Source: an uncultured Verrucomicrobiae bacterium (lineage in GTDB: Bacteria > Verrucomicrobiota > Verrucomicrobiia > Chthoniobacterales > Chthoniobacteraceae). From it: a stretch of DNA of 64,000 nucleotides. The stretch is taken from the NCBI GenBank assembly GCA_963836755.1, contig CAWIKF010000001.1, positions 608,001 through 672,000 of the forward strand, in the 5' to 3' direction. Within the stretch, counting starts at the first letter, position 1. Each line of letters starts with the position of its first letter. A program made the position numbers and the translations under genes. Positions 39,921 to 50,020 of this stretch are shown here, piece after piece. Below the pieces are notes generated by a model. That model made no database searches and was not told where the DNA came from. It worked only from the letters and a program-made list of their open reading frames with translations.

Positions 39921-41080
39921 ACTTTTACCCAGCTTTTCGTCCGCGCGCTTTGGCTGATCGCCGCGAGGACCTGCTCGTTTTTCAGGCCGTCCTCAAGCGT
40001 CGGCTGCACGCTTTTGCCAGCAACGACGGCTTTGACGAAATCGGCAAACGCATTCACAAACGTGTGCTCGTAGCCGATGATGTGGCCCGGTGGCCACCAC
40101 GCGCCGGCGTAGGGCTGCGACCTTTCGGTGACGAGGATGGAGCGAAAGCCGCGCCGGTCATCGGGGTCGGCGTTGTCGTAAAAGTCGAGCCGGTTCATGT
40201 CTTCAAAGTTAAACGCGAGCGAGCCTTTGCTGCCGTTGATCTCGAGCGCGATGTGATTTTTGCGGCCGAGCGCGAATCGCGTCGCCTCGAGATTCGCGAG
40301 CGCGCCATTTTTAAAACGGCCGATCCACGAAACGGCGTCATCGACGGTGACTTTGCCCATTTTTTTCCCGGCCTTTGCCGCCCGATGCCCGACGCCGGCT
40401 TCTTCCTGGAGCGGCCGCTCCTTGATGAAAGTTTCCATCATGCCGCAAACTTCCTGGAACTCGCCGACGAGGTAGCGGCCGAGATCGATGATGTGCGCGT
40501 CGATGTCGCCATGCGCGCCGCTGCCGGCGATTTTGCCCTGTAGGCGCCAGACGAGCGGGAAATTCGGATCCGTAATCCAATCCTGCGCGTAGCGTGCGCG
40601 GTAATGAAAAATCCGGTCGCCGAGATCGCCCGCGTCGATCATTTTTTTCGCGAGCGCGATCGCCGGGATGCGGCGGTAGTTGTGGCAGATCATGTTCACG
40701 ACGCGCGCTTTTTTCGCGGCGGCGACGATCGCTTCGCCTTGCTCGACATTGAGCGCGAGCGGCTTTTCGCAAAGGATCGCCTTTCCCGCCTGCGCCGCAG
40801 CGATGGCGATCTCGGCGTGCGTGTCGTTTGGGGTGCAAATATCGACGATGTCGATTTCCGGATCGTTCACAACTTTGCGCCAATCCGTCGTCGCCGTTTT
40901 CCAGCCGAGGTTTGCGCGGGCGGCCTCGACGCCTTTCGCCGACCGCCCGCAAATGGTCCGCAGCTCCACATCGGCGGGCAACTCAAAAAACTTTGGCGCC
41001 TGCCGCCACGCGTTCGAGTGCGCCTTTCCCATAAAGTTGTAGCCGATCATCCCGACTCGCAGCGTGCGTTGTTTGTTCAT
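39917..41080 (-). CDS. Gfo/Idh/MocA family oxidoreductase
   Basis: [22 protein letters not shown] and CEKPLA motifs. Confidence 0.92.
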   Translation of the reverse strand: MNKQRTLRVGMIGYNFMGKAHSNAWRQAPKFFELPADVELRTICGRSAKGVEAARANLGWKTATTDWRKVVNDPEIDIVDICTPNDTHAEIAIAAAQAGKAILCEKPLALNVEQGEAIVAAAKKARVVNMICHNYRRIPAIALAKKMIDAGDLGDRIFHYRARYAQDWITDPNFPLVWRLQGKIAGSGAHGDIDAHIIDLGRYLVGEFQEVCGMMETFIKERPLQEEAGVGHRAAKAGKKMGKVTVDDAVSWIGRFKNGALANLEATRFALGRKNHIALEINGSKGSLAFNFEDMNRLDFYDNADPDDRRGFRSILVTERSQPYAGAWWPPGHIIGYEHTFVNAFADFVKAVVAGKSVQPTLEDGLKNEQVLAAISQSARTKSWVKV

Positions 41081-41168
41081 AGAGGAGTGACGTTTTCTAT
41101 CGCGCGAGGCCGTGCGCCGCCAGCGATTTTCTCGCCGCGGCTCTGCAGCGATCGGACGAAAAAAATCA

Positions 41169-41196
41169 TTGCAAGCCGCGCAGTCATCGCTACAGT
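41169..41196 (+). promoter_or_regulatory. sigma70-like promoter of rpsN
   Basis: TTGCAA-16-TACAGT, 13 nt before the ATG. Confidence 0.55.
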
Positions 41197-41209
41197 TCCC
41201 GCCTTCGCT

Positions 41210-41479
41210 ATGGCAAAAACGAGTTGGATCGAACGAGAAAAACGCAAACGCGCGACGGTGACAAAGTTCGCCGCGCTCCGTGCTGAACTGAAGGCAAAGA
41301 AGGATTACATCGGTCTCTCGCAGCTGCCGCGCAATGCCAGCCCGACGCGTGTGACCAATCGCTGCCAGACGAGCGGCCGTCGCCGTGGCTTCATGCGCCG
41401 CTTCAAGCTTTCCCGCATCGCGTTCCGTGAGCTGGCTTCCAACGGGATGATCCCGGGGGTGACAAAGTCGAGCTGGTAG
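41210..41479 (+). CDS. rpsN: 30S ribosomal protein S14 (89-aa, non-zinc type)
   Basis: [10 protein letters not shown]...[38 protein letters not shown]. Confidence 0.95.
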   Translation: MAKTSWIEREKRKRATVTKFAALRAELKAKKDYIGLSQLPRNASPTRVTNRCQTSGRRRGFMRRFKLSRIAFRELASNGMIPGVTKSSW

Positions 41480-41540
41480 CCGTCCCGGCGCCGCTCTTCA
41501 GCTCCGCCGCGATTCGCTGCGGACGCTTTGTCTTTTGCCA

Positions 41541-42929
41541 ATGAGCCCGTTCTTTCTTGCCGTGTTGGCGCAGGGCGTCGCGACGCATTGGGATGCGCCG
41601 GAGGTGATTTTTTTCAAGCTCCTCGTCGTCGTCCTCATCGTATTGGTGAACGGCTTCTTCGTCGTCTCGGAATTTTCGATCGTCAAAATTCGCGGCAGCC
41701 AGCTCGACGCGCTTTTGGAAAAAGGCGACAGGCGCGCAGTCATCGCGAAGCACGTCACCGAGCATCTCGACGCCTATCTTTCGACGACGCAGCTCGGCAT
41801 CACGATGACGAGCCTCGCGCTCGGCTGGATCGGCGAGCCGTATGTCGCGAAAATGCTCGAGCCGGTTTTCTCGGTCGCCGGCATCACGTCCGCCACGTTG
41901 ATCAACACGCTTGCAGTCACGATCGGCTTTGTCGTGATTACTTTTTTGCACATCATCTTCGGCGAGCTCGGTCCGAAATACATTGCGATCCGCGATCCGG
42001 TGCCGGTTGCGCTGAGCATTGTCCGGCCGCTCGGATTGTTCTTCGCCGTTTTCAAACCGGTGATCTGGACGCTCAACAAATCGTCGAATTTTCTGCTGAA
42101 AACCTTTCTCCGAATCGATCCCGTCGGCGGCACCGAGCTCGCGCACAGCGAGGAGGAATTGCGCGTGATCCTCGCTGAAAGCGAAGAAGCCGAGGAAGTC
42201 TCGTCGCTCGGAAAAGAGCTCGTCATCAATGCGCTCGACCTGCGCCGGCGTGTCGTCCGCGACATCATGACGCCGCGCGGCGAAGTCATTTTTTTGAGCA
42301 CCGAAGATTCCTTTGAGGAAAATTTAAAAGTCGCGCAGGAGTCGCGGCACACGCGTTTCCCGCTTTGCGACGGACATCTCGATCACACGATCGGCCTCGT
42401 GCACATCAAGGATCTGCTCTCGCTGATCCGCCGCCCAGACCCAGACTTGCTCTCCATCAAGCGCGAACTTTTACCGGTGCCGGAAATGATGGCGCTGGAA
42501 AAACTGCTCCATTTTTTCCTCAGCAAACATGCGCACCTCGCGCTCGTCGTCGATGAATACGGCGGCACGGTCGGCATCGTCTCGCTCGATAATGTGCTCG
42601 AGGAATTGGTCGGCGACATTCAGGACGAATTTGACGCCGAGCAGCAGGAATATCGAAAAATCAACGACGAGGAATTTGTCGTCGACGGCGCGCTCGGCCT
42701 TTACGAACTCAACGATCTCGCCGGCATCGAGCTCGAAAGCGCCGATGTCAGCACGATCGGCGGCTACGTGACGCATCTGCTCGGGCATTTGCCGAAGCAA
42801 GGCGAACACGTGCGCATCGACGATTACGTCGTGACGATCACGCAGACCGACGGACGCCGCATCGGCCAGCTTCAATTTAAAAAGACTGCCGTCGAAGTTT
42901 CCAAAGCACCTGTCAGCGAAAAACCGTAG
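41541..42929 (+). CDS. HlyC/CorC (CNNM + CBS) family transporter
   Basis: [29 protein letters not shown] and VVDEYGGT.G motifs. Confidence 0.92.
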   Translation: MSPFFLAVLAQGVATHWDAPEVIFFKLLVVVLIVLVNGFFVVSEFSIVKIRGSQLDALLEKGDRRAVIAKHVTEHLDAYLSTTQLGITMTSLALGWIGEPYVAKMLEPVFSVAGITSATLINTLAVTIGFVVITFLHIIFGELGPKYIAIRDPVPVALSIVRPLGLFFAVFKPVIWTLNKSSNFLLKTFLRIDPVGGTELAHSEEELRVILAESEEAEEVSSLGKELVINALDLRRRVVRDIMTPRGEVIFLSTEDSFEENLKVAQESRHTRFPLCDGHLDHTIGLVHIKDLLSLIRRPDPDLLSIKRELLPVPEMMALEKLLHFFLSKHAHLALVVDEYGGTVGIVSLDNVLEELVGDIQDEFDAEQQEYRKINDEEFVVDGALGLYELNDLAGIELESADVSTIGGYVTHLLGHLPKQGEHVRIDDYVVTITQTDGRRIGQLQFKKTAVEVSKAPVSEKP

Positions 42930-42962
42930 CGCCACGCGAAGGCTGCGGATAGCATCGCCGGC

Positions 42963-44792
42963 TTGAACGCGGAAGCTTTCATCACGTGGGCGCTCGATTC
43001 ATCCCGCTCCACCGAGGAGCGCTACACGACGCTGCTGCTCGTCGAGCGCGGTGTCGATTTTTGGAACAGCCATCATAACACCGGCGTTTATCGAAACTGG
43101 TGCCAGCAAAGCGAGGAACAGCGCCAGCGTCGACTGAATCCCGCCTTTGATCCACGCTACTCGGAGGAGGACCTTGTGCGCGCGTGCGAGATGCTTCCAA
43201 AAATCAATACGTGGTATCACCACGGATACAGTCAGCGGCCGCTCCGCGACTTGACGGCCTTCGGATTCCTCACGGAAATGGAAAGCATGGGCATCAACAA
43301 CAGCGAAGTCACTGATCTCACGCCGCTGGCGAGGATCACTGCGCTTCACACGTTGGATTTTAGTAGCGCGTTTTGCGATGACTTCAGCCCGCTTGCGCGC
43401 TGCCTGGGCTTGCGCAATCTCAATCTTTCCATCGGTGTGCGATGGCCGGATGTCACCGGCCTCGAAGCACTGGAGGAGATCGAAACGCTCTCGCTCGTCG
43501 GCAATCTGCTCGCCTTCGCGCCCGGCGTGGCATGGCCCAACGTCCGGCGCGGCACGCTCGTGTGCAGTCCGCTTTGCGCGCGCAATGTCGATGCGCTCCC
43601 TTTTTTTCCACGGTGCGAATTCCTAACGCTCGCGGGCGTGGATCGTCTCGACGGCATCGAACGCTACGCACCGCGCCTGCGCAACCTCACGCTCACTGGC
43701 CCCGTTCGCAGCCTTGCGCCGCTCGCATCCTTGTCAAAACTGACCTGGCTTTCCTATGGGGGCGACCGTCCGCGCGACGTCTCACCGCTGGCGCGTCTGC
43801 CGCAGCTTCACGCCGTGATTTTCAGCGCCTCACCTGATTTCCAGCATCCCGCGAAGCCGCGCGATTACTGCCCGCTGGCAGCCGCGCCCGCCTTGCGGGA
43901 ACTCACCGTCCTCGGTTGTCCGCCCGTGGAAATGGAAGTCGCCGCCCTCAAGGCCGGCCTTCCGCCCTGCGATGATCTCTGGCTCGCGGAGTCGCCACGC
44001 TCCATCCCACCGCTGCGGTTCATTGTCGCTCCCACGAACAAAGCACCTCGGCGCGCCTCGCACCATCGCGCACCAGGCGAGCCGGATTTGGCCGATACCG
44101 GCGTCCGCACTTGCGAAGGCCTCTGGGTGAAGGACTACGCCGCCCGCATCGTTCGCGAACGTCTCGGCCATGACGAATGGGGCACCGTCACCGCCAATGG
44201 CGAGTTTCGCACCGTCATGGCCACCGTTGAGTCTTTCGACATCGTGGAAAAATTCCGCGAAATCGTCGAGGCCATCCGCTTCGTGCTCGCCAGCCTCCGG
44301 CACGACTATCATGCAAGCGTCATGATCGCCCTCCGCGTCCCGCCGCCCAAGGCGACTCCCGCGCAGCAACAACTCGAGGAACAATTTCGAAACGCCCAGG
44401 ACCGTGCCGACTTTGAGCAGCGCCAGCGCGACGATGCCGAGTATCTGGAAAAACTTCACCTCCACGAGCTCGCGCAGCAGGAGGGCGATCCCGTCAAACC
44501 CGAGGAATATGCCCCCGCCGACCCCGAGCCACCGCTCGTGCCTCCATGGGAACAAGAAGACGACGAGGAGGAAGATGACAGTCACAGCGGAGACATCGGC
44601 ATCGCCATTAAAAAGAAACCTGACCCTCCGCCATCCTGGTCCGACGACGAACATCCGCTCGCCGATAACTACCGCCTTCTGGCCACCCTCACTTTGGGCG
44701 AGCTATGGTGCCTCCCGCACCAACGCGACATCGCCCTCTATCTCATGCACCGCGCCCCCGACGAGGAAATCCCCGAGGAGCCAAAGCCTTAG
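42963..44792 (+). CDS. Leucine-rich-repeat protein with acidic C-terminal region
   Basis: Repeated L.PLA.L..L..L.L units (internalin-like LRR); TTG start. Confidence 0.75.
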   Translation: MNAEAFITWALDSSRSTEERYTTLLLVERGVDFWNSHHNTGVYRNWCQQSEEQRQRRLNPAFDPRYSEEDLVRACEMLPKINTWYHHGYSQRPLRDLTAFGFLTEMESMGINNSEVTDLTPLARITALHTLDFSSAFCDDFSPLARCLGLRNLNLSIGVRWPDVTGLEALEEIETLSLVGNLLAFAPGVAWPNVRRGTLVCSPLCARNVDALPFFPRCEFLTLAGVDRLDGIERYAPRLRNLTLTGPVRSLAPLASLSKLTWLSYGGDRPRDVSPLARLPQLHAVIFSASPDFQHPAKPRDYCPLAAAPALRELTVLGCPPVEMEVAALKAGLPPCDDLWLAESPRSIPPLRFIVAPTNKAPRRASHHRAPGEPDLADTGVRTCEGLWVKDYAARIVRERLGHDEWGTVTANGEFRTVMATVESFDIVEKFREIVEAIRFVLASLRHDYHASVMIALRVPPPKATPAQQQLEEQFRNAQDRADFEQRQRDDAEYLEKLHLHELAQQEGDPVKPEEYAPADPEPPLVPPWEQEDDEEEDDSHSGDIGIAIKKKPDPPPSWSDDEHPLADNYRLLATLTLGELWCLPHQRDIALYLMHRAPDEEIPEEPKP

Positions 44793-44986
44793 CGCAACGT
44801 TGGCGTAAGCTCCAGGACAAGCACTATCGCGGCAAGCGCGAGTAGAAGGGGATCGCCGCGACGGATAATTGTCTCACCGATACTCATAACGCATTGAGCA
44901 TGCGACAACGCAACGCCTGAACGCTGCCAGTCATATTCCAGCTTTGGCAGGAGAAAGCGAAGCCTAACGAAGCTAGGTCGTCGGAT

Positions 44987-45418
44987 TCATCGCAAATCTT
45001 GAGCTGAAACAGCAATTTCTCCTAAGTAGTTGCCGGCGGTATCACGGTAAACGTAATGCATCTCAACACCGTGGTCACGAAAACTGGCAAGTTGCGGACT
45101 AGTCTTATAACTGTTCACTACTGTCGGGCGTAATGCCTTGATGAGACCTTCTACATTGACTCCTTTGAATAAGACACCAGAAACCGTGTAGAGATACGTG
45201 AATCGCTTTCCTGGACCTGGCGATGTCGAATCGAGCCGCGTATATTTGTCGACTTGCATTGGTAGCTTCGCGTTGAGTTGCGATGATGTCTCCACGAGCG
45301 CACGATCAAAGGCTGTCTCGCGCTGGTGATCGAAATACGACTGCACTGCTACCTTGCCAATGACTATCCCAACTATGCCCGCGACTAATTTCACGCAACC
45401 AGATAGCCGAGCTTTCAT
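44987..45418 (-). CDS. Hypothetical membrane-anchored protein (cassette-like)
   Basis: N-terminal TM; LP.QVD..TRLDS motif; atypical codon usage. Confidence 0.7.
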   Translation of the reverse strand: MKARLSGCVKLVAGIVGIVIGKVAVQSYFDHQRETAFDRALVETSSQLNAKLPMQVDKYTRLDSTSPGPGKRFTYLYTVSGVLFKGVNVEGLIKALRPTVVNSYKTSPQLASFRDHGVEMHYVYRDTAGNYLGEIAVSAQDLR

Positions 45419-45438
45419 GTTAGCTGCATCGCATGGTT
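45419..45438 (-). mobile_element. Left-half attC remnant
   Basis: Minus strand AACCATGCGATGCAGCTAAC shares TGCGATGCAGCTAAC with the attC-like site at 10123-10182. Confidence 0.55.
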
Positions 45439-45496
45439 GCGCGCGTCATGCCTGGACTGCAGCCGCTCCCGCGGACTTTTAGTGACCATCCGTGCT

Positions 45497-46540
45497 TTAC
45501 CACGAAGAAGTCATGAACGTTGCCGGTGCAGGCCACCTGGCCTTGTTCTCCTCGGAAGCTGCAAAGATCGCTTGCTTGGCCGTGAGTGCTTTGACCAAGG
45601 CCTCAAACTCCGCCCCACTTCCGGACATCTCCACCTTCCACTCGTCATCCTTTTCATCGGGAGCGGCTGGCATCTTTCGGGCATGGAGCTTCACGGCCCC
45701 GGACTCTGTCGAGATCAGTTGGAACTCAGTCGTTGCCCCTTCGACGTCCGGCAATTTCTTGGGCATTGCAAACGAGACAAGGGTGTGACGGAGAACGTCC
45801 TCATAAGTCTGCGTGCGCCACTCCTTCGAAAGAAGAGCCATGCCGCGTCTTCCCGACATTTCTACAATATCGAATGAAAGATTCCGATCGCCCTCGTAGA
45901 ACGTGGATGTGAGTAGCGAGCGTTCCCAACTGGTAAAACGCCTTTGCTGGAGAGAATAGGTCACTCGGAGATTTCCCATGTCAAAGATAAGCCTCGCAGG
46001 CGAGCCAGCCAGGCTGAGATCAAAATCCACACAGTGACCCTCGTGAATACGGATCAGATCGTTGGACTGCAATCCCGCCACATGGCCGGCCTTGATTTCG
46101 TTCGCTGCGAATTCATTGTCTGCCAGATTCCGATAATTACCATTTTTGCCCCGTTCGAACGCTTCTCCATATCCTCCGGAGCTGATGTGGTATTCGAGCA
46201 CGATATAGCGCGCATCATCGCTGATCGCCGCGTTCGTGATATAAGTCGCCGGCATCGCGAGAAAGGTTCTCTTTCCGGTTTTTCGATTGAGGATCCATGC
46301 CTCAGCCGGCTCGTGCACAACATCCGTATCTCCACGAAGCTCCACGATGATGTCTCCATTCTTGGACGCAACCTTGCTGAAAAGTTTTAGAGTCAGAGTA
46401 GGATCCGGCTCCGATTGCCCCGCTCCGGCAGGCATGGCCGCCACGAGGAATGCTACAACAAAAAGCACCACCGTGCCGGCAAAGCCGCGTGGCATACTCC
46501 ACGGGCCCGTGCCGACTTCCATCGCATTGCTAGGTCTCAT
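45497..46540 (-). CDS. Secreted hypothetical protein
   Basis: 347-aa ORF with a signal-like hydrophobic stretch near the N-terminus; start may be downstream. Confidence 0.65.
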   Translation of the reverse strand: MRPSNAMEVGTGPWSMPRGFAGTVVLFVVAFLVAAMPAGAGQSEPDPTLTLKLFSKVASKNGDIIVELRGDTDVVHEPAEAWILNRKTGKRTFLAMPATYITNAAISDDARYIVLEYHISSGGYGEAFERGKNGNYRNLADNEFAANEIKAGHVAGLQSNDLIRIHEGHCVDFDLSLAGSPARLIFDMGNLRVTYSLQQRRFTSWERSLLTSTFYEGDRNLSFDIVEMSGRRGMALLSKEWRTQTYEDVLRHTLVSFAMPKKLPDVEGATTEFQLISTESGAVKLHARKMPAAPDEKDDEWKVEMSGSGAEFEALVKALTAKQAIFAASEENKARWPAPATFMTSSW

Positions 46541-46915
46541 GTTTGGAGATGAGTTTCCAGACGGAAGTCCGTGCGACCCTTCTTAATGAATGGGAAAAGG
46601 TTCGTTCCATAAACATCCGTCAAGGAAACGCCGAAGTTGGTTTCGAGCAGACTGATAAGATTCCGGTTGGTAGGTAAGCTTCTCGTGTAGCCGTAGGTGA
46701 CGCAATCCATGTCGAGGGGACCACGCAGCGAAAGATCAGAACTCCAGTCCTGAAGCATTACCATTATTCAGCATTAACATTCCCAGCAGTCTTTGTGTAG
46801 GGTGAGACATAGGGACATTCATAAGCACCATCATGGTAATCTCCGATGCCCTTGTAACCGGGCCACTTGGTTCGCTGCCGCTTCCTAGTTTTTTTAATTG
46901 TAGTCGTTTATCCAT
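46537..46915 (-). pseudogene. Frameshifted, truncated remnant of a uracil-DNA-glycosylase-like gene
   Basis: Three frames join as MDKRLQLKKL / KRQRTKWPGYKGIGDYHDGAYECPYVSPYTKTAGNVNAE / IMVMLQDWSS...PTNRNL..LL..FG...VYGTNLFPFIK. Confidence 0.55.
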
Positions 46916-46953
46916 AAGTGCGTGAGGCACAGGCCTAGCAAGAAAAGCCCTCT

Positions 46954-47643
46954 CTACCCGCCGACCGTGATGCTCACCGGCTTACTCCAGACGCCGACCT
47001 GCGCGTCGCCGACGATGTAGATGCCGCGATAGGTCCACTTCGTGGGCGTGGCGGGCAGGGGGGTGGTGTCGGTGTAGCCGGCGGTGGTGTCGTTGGCTAG
47101 GAAGATGAAACCTTTGCCGTCGCGATCGACTTCGAGGCGGATCATATCGAGGAATTTGCTGTTCCCACCCCAGCCCCAGTCGAGGAAAACGGTGTTGCCT
47201 TTGAGGATGGCTTTAAAGTCTGGCTGGATGGTGGACAGATCGGGGCCGGTTTGCTCGGCGCCTTCCAGGCCAAGGATGATGCCAATGGCGGGAGTGTAGT
47301 TTTTGTGAGTCTTGATGGCATTTGCCAGCGCGAGGAAGCGGGTGAGGATGCCGGCGGGCACCGAGGGAGGGAAGGCAGCGTGCTTCACGGGGATGGCCGG
47401 TTCCGTGCCGCTTTGGCCCGAGAGAGCGAGGCCTTTCCAAGCTGTCCACTGCGGCCCGGCGGAGCCCATGGTTTTGGCAAAGGTGAGAAGTTCGCGGTAA
47501 TAGGTTGCATCGGCGGCCTGCTGGGTGACGTCGGCTGCCGCGAGATTGAAAAGGGCGACGTAGCCACCGATGTTGTCGCGGAATTGCTCGAATTCGGTCG
47601 CTTTGCCGTCTTCGGTGTCGGAGAGGAAGTAATGTTTGGGCAT
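46954..47643 (-). CDS. Hypothetical cytoplasmic protein: helical N-domain plus C-terminal Ig/FN3-like domain
   Basis: 229 aa, no signal peptide; the C-terminal LDW...YTD...WTYRGIY..GD..VG.WS.PVSITV pattern resembles an FN3 beta-sandwich. Confidence 0.8.
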   Translation of the reverse strand: MPKHYFLSDTEDGKATEFEQFRDNIGGYVALFNLAAADVTQQAADATYYRELLTFAKTMGSAGPQWTAWKGLALSGQSGTEPAIPVKHAAFPPSVPAGILTRFLALANAIKTHKNYTPAIGIILGLEGAEQTGPDLSTIQPDFKAILKGNTVFLDWGWGGNSKFLDMIRLEVDRDGKGFIFLANDTTAGYTDTTPLPATPTKWTYRGIYIVGDAQVGVWSKPVSITVGG

Positions 47644-47771
47644 AATTTAGGGTGTTCTGTTTTGTTCACTGCGGGTTTCTACCCGGGAAAAGCGGCCCCG
47701 CTGAGCGTATGCCAGCGAACAAAAGACGGTTTTCCAGAGTAAAGTGGTGTTTTTCCCCGTTCAAAGCCCGC

Positions 47772-48002
47772 TCCTTGGAGGTTCCAAGGATGACTGGTGA
47801 CGTTCCACGCACGTCCGTGGAGGTTCCAAGGAGATGCGTGCAGGTTCCATGGACATCCTTGGGACCTCCAGGAACATCCATGGGAACCGCCAGGAAGTCC
47901 GTGCAGGTCCCCCGCACGTCCGCGGACGTTGGAAAACTGCCCGTGGAAGTTCGAAGAATGCCTTGGCAAGCTCCAAGGACGTCCTTGGAGAATGGAAGGA
48001 GC
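47772..48002. repeat. Tandem array D: 11 units, 21-bp period, palindromic consensus TCC(T/G)TGGA-GGT-TCCA(A/C)GGA-NN
   Basis: Units at 47772, 47793, 47814, 47835, 47856, 47877, 47898, 47919, 47940, 47961 and 47982. Confidence 0.88.
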
Positions 48003-48303
48003 GCCCGATTTGCGCACAAAACGCCAGAAAACCGCGGCTTTGGAGAAAGCGTAGAAAGCGCACAAAAAGCCGCCAGTGGAGCCGCCAAACCGTGGGGAAC
48101 CTCGCATCGCGAAGACGTGCCTAACAAAAGCGCTTTCACGATGGCAAGCGAATTTTTAACTCTTGTTTAAATTCTTTTTTTTCGCCGATGCGGCGGACAA
48201 ATCTCCGATCCTCGCCTTTATATAATGCGAAAAAGTTGTGTGAAAGTTCGCCGGCACATCCCTCTCCACAAAGTCGCGGGAGAGCTATACGATGCGCGGC
48301 TCC

Positions 48304-49239
48304 ATGAAAAATCCGCTGGGAAAAATTGCCGTCGTCGGCGCGGGGGCGGTCGGCTGTTACTATGGCGCGAAGCTGGCGCGCGCGGGCGCTGAGGTGCATT
48401 TTTTGATGCGGAGCGATCTGGCGGCGGTGCGCGAAAATGGGTTGCAGATCCGGTCGCCGGACGGGGATTTTCTTTTGGAAAAAGTGCGCGCGCACGGCTC
48501 GACGGAGGAGATCGGGGCGAGCGATATCGTGCTGATCGCGCTGAAGGCGACGGCGAATGAGGCGCTCGAAAAACTGCTCCCGCCGCTGCTGCATGAGCGG
48601 ACGGTTTTGGTGACGTTGCAGAACGGGCTCGGCAACGAGGAGTTCCTCGCGGCGCGTTTCGGCGCGGAGCGGGTGCTCGGCGGCTTGTGCTTTGTTTGTT
48701 TAAATCGTGTTGACCACGGTGTGATCGCGCATTTCGGCCACGGGACGCTGTCGATCGGCGAATATGGCCGCGCGCCGCAGCCGCGCACGCGCGAGCTCGT
48801 CGCGGCATTTTGCGAGGCGGGCGTGGACGCGAAGGTTGTGGAAAACCTGATCACGGAGCGCTGGCGGAAGCTGGTCTGGAATATTCCTTTCAACGGCCTC
48901 GGCATTGCCGCGCGCGCCGATGTCGCGCAGGTGCTGGCCGATGACGGCTTGCAAAAGCTCGCGCGCGATTTGATGGCGGAAGTGATCGCGGCCGCGAATG
49001 CGCTCGGGCACACGATTCCGGCCGATTTCGCGGATTTTCAAATCGAGCGCAGCTGGCCGATGGGCGCGTATCATTCGTCGAGCCAGATCGATTTTGAAAA
49101 CGGCCGCGCGGTCGAGGTGGAAGCGATCTGGGGCGAGCCGCTGCGCCAGGCGCGCCGCGGCGGGACGGACGCGCCGCGTCTTGAAACGCTTTACGTTTTG
49201 CTGAAAAAGTTGACGCAGTCGCATGAACGCAACGCCTGA
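48304..49239 (+). CDS. panE: 2-dehydropantoate 2-reductase
   Basis: VVGAGAVGCYYG, LQNGLG, WRKLVWNIPFN and SSQID motifs; alternative ATG at 48292. Confidence 0.9.
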   Translation: MKNPLGKIAVVGAGAVGCYYGAKLARAGAEVHFLMRSDLAAVRENGLQIRSPDGDFLLEKVRAHGSTEEIGASDIVLIALKATANEALEKLLPPLLHERTVLVTLQNGLGNEEFLAARFGAERVLGGLCFVCLNRVDHGVIAHFGHGTLSIGEYGRAPQPRTRELVAAFCEAGVDAKVVENLITERWRKLVWNIPFNGLGIAARADVAQVLADDGLQKLARDLMAEVIAAANALGHTIPADFADFQIERSWPMGAYHSSSQIDFENGRAVEVEAIWGEPLRQARRGGTDAPRLETLYVLLKKLTQSHERNA

Positions 49240-50020
49240 GTTTTCGCTCGAATCGCTGCCGGGGCCGGTGCGTGAATTTTCGCCGGAGTGGGGGATCGTG
49301 CTCGGTTCGGGGCTCGGCACGGTTGTTGAACAACTGCAGGTGCAGCAAACACTTTTATTCCAAAACGTTAACGGCTTGCCGCAGCCCGCGGTGTCGGGTC
49401 ACGGCGCGCGCTTTGTCTTTGCGGAGCTCGCCGGAAAGCGCGTGATGATCGCGCAAGGTCGCGTCCATCTTTACGAGGGGCATCCCGCGCGCGCGGTCGC
49501 GGCGGGTGTGCGCTTCATGCACGCGCTCGGCGTGTCGAAGCTGATCCTGACGAACGCGGCGGGCGCGGTGTCGCCGGCTTTCGGCGCGGGGCAATGGATG
49601 ATGCTGGCCGACCATCTCAATCTCACCGGCACGACGCCGTTGCTCGGCGGCGCGAACTTTTTCGACATGAGCGAGATTTATTCGCGCAGGCTGCGCACAG
49701 CCTTTGCGCAAGCGGCTCGCGAGGAAGCGATCGAATTGCACGAAGGGGTTTATGTCGGGATGCTCGGGCCGCAATACGAGACGCCGGCGGAGGTGCGCAT
49801 GCTGCGGAATTTCGGCGCGGATGCCGTCGGCATGTCCACCGTCATCGAGGCGATCCAGGCGCGCGCTTTGGCGATGGAAGTGGCCGGTTTCTCTTGTTTA
49901 ACAAATTGCGCAGCCGGTCTCGGCGATGGCGCGCTGCACCACGGCGAGGTGCTCGAGAATGCGTTGGCTGGCGCGGAAAAGTTTACGCGATTGCTGCGGC
50001 GCGGACTCGCGAAACTTTAA
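49223..50020 (+). CDS. punA: Purine-nucleoside phosphorylase
   Basis: VLGSGLG, QGRVHLYEG, TNAAG, GPQYETPAE and VGMSTV motifs. Confidence 0.92.
   Translation: MNATPEFSLESLPGPVREFSPEWGIVLGSGLGTVVEQLQVQQTLLFQNVNGLPQPAVSGHGARFVFAELAGKRVMIAQGRVHLYEGHPARAVAAGVRFMHALGVSKLILTNAAGAVSPAFGAGQWMMLADHLNLTGTTPLLGGANFFDMSEIYSRRLRTAFAQAAREEAIELHEGVYVGMLGPQYETPAEVRMLRNFGADAVGMSTVIEAIQARALAMEVAGFSCLTNCAAGLGDGALHHGEVLENALAGAEKFTRLLRRGLAKL

Noticed and set aside
40604..41209. Long N-terminal extension of S14 in the ORF track
   Set aside because: It is antisense to the oxidoreductase gene. The true start is ATG 41210, with its own promoter.
48140..48290. AT-rich tract as a replication origin or mobile-element end
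   Set aside because: No DnaA-box cluster or paired terminal repeat was seen. It is consistent with a divergent promoter region.
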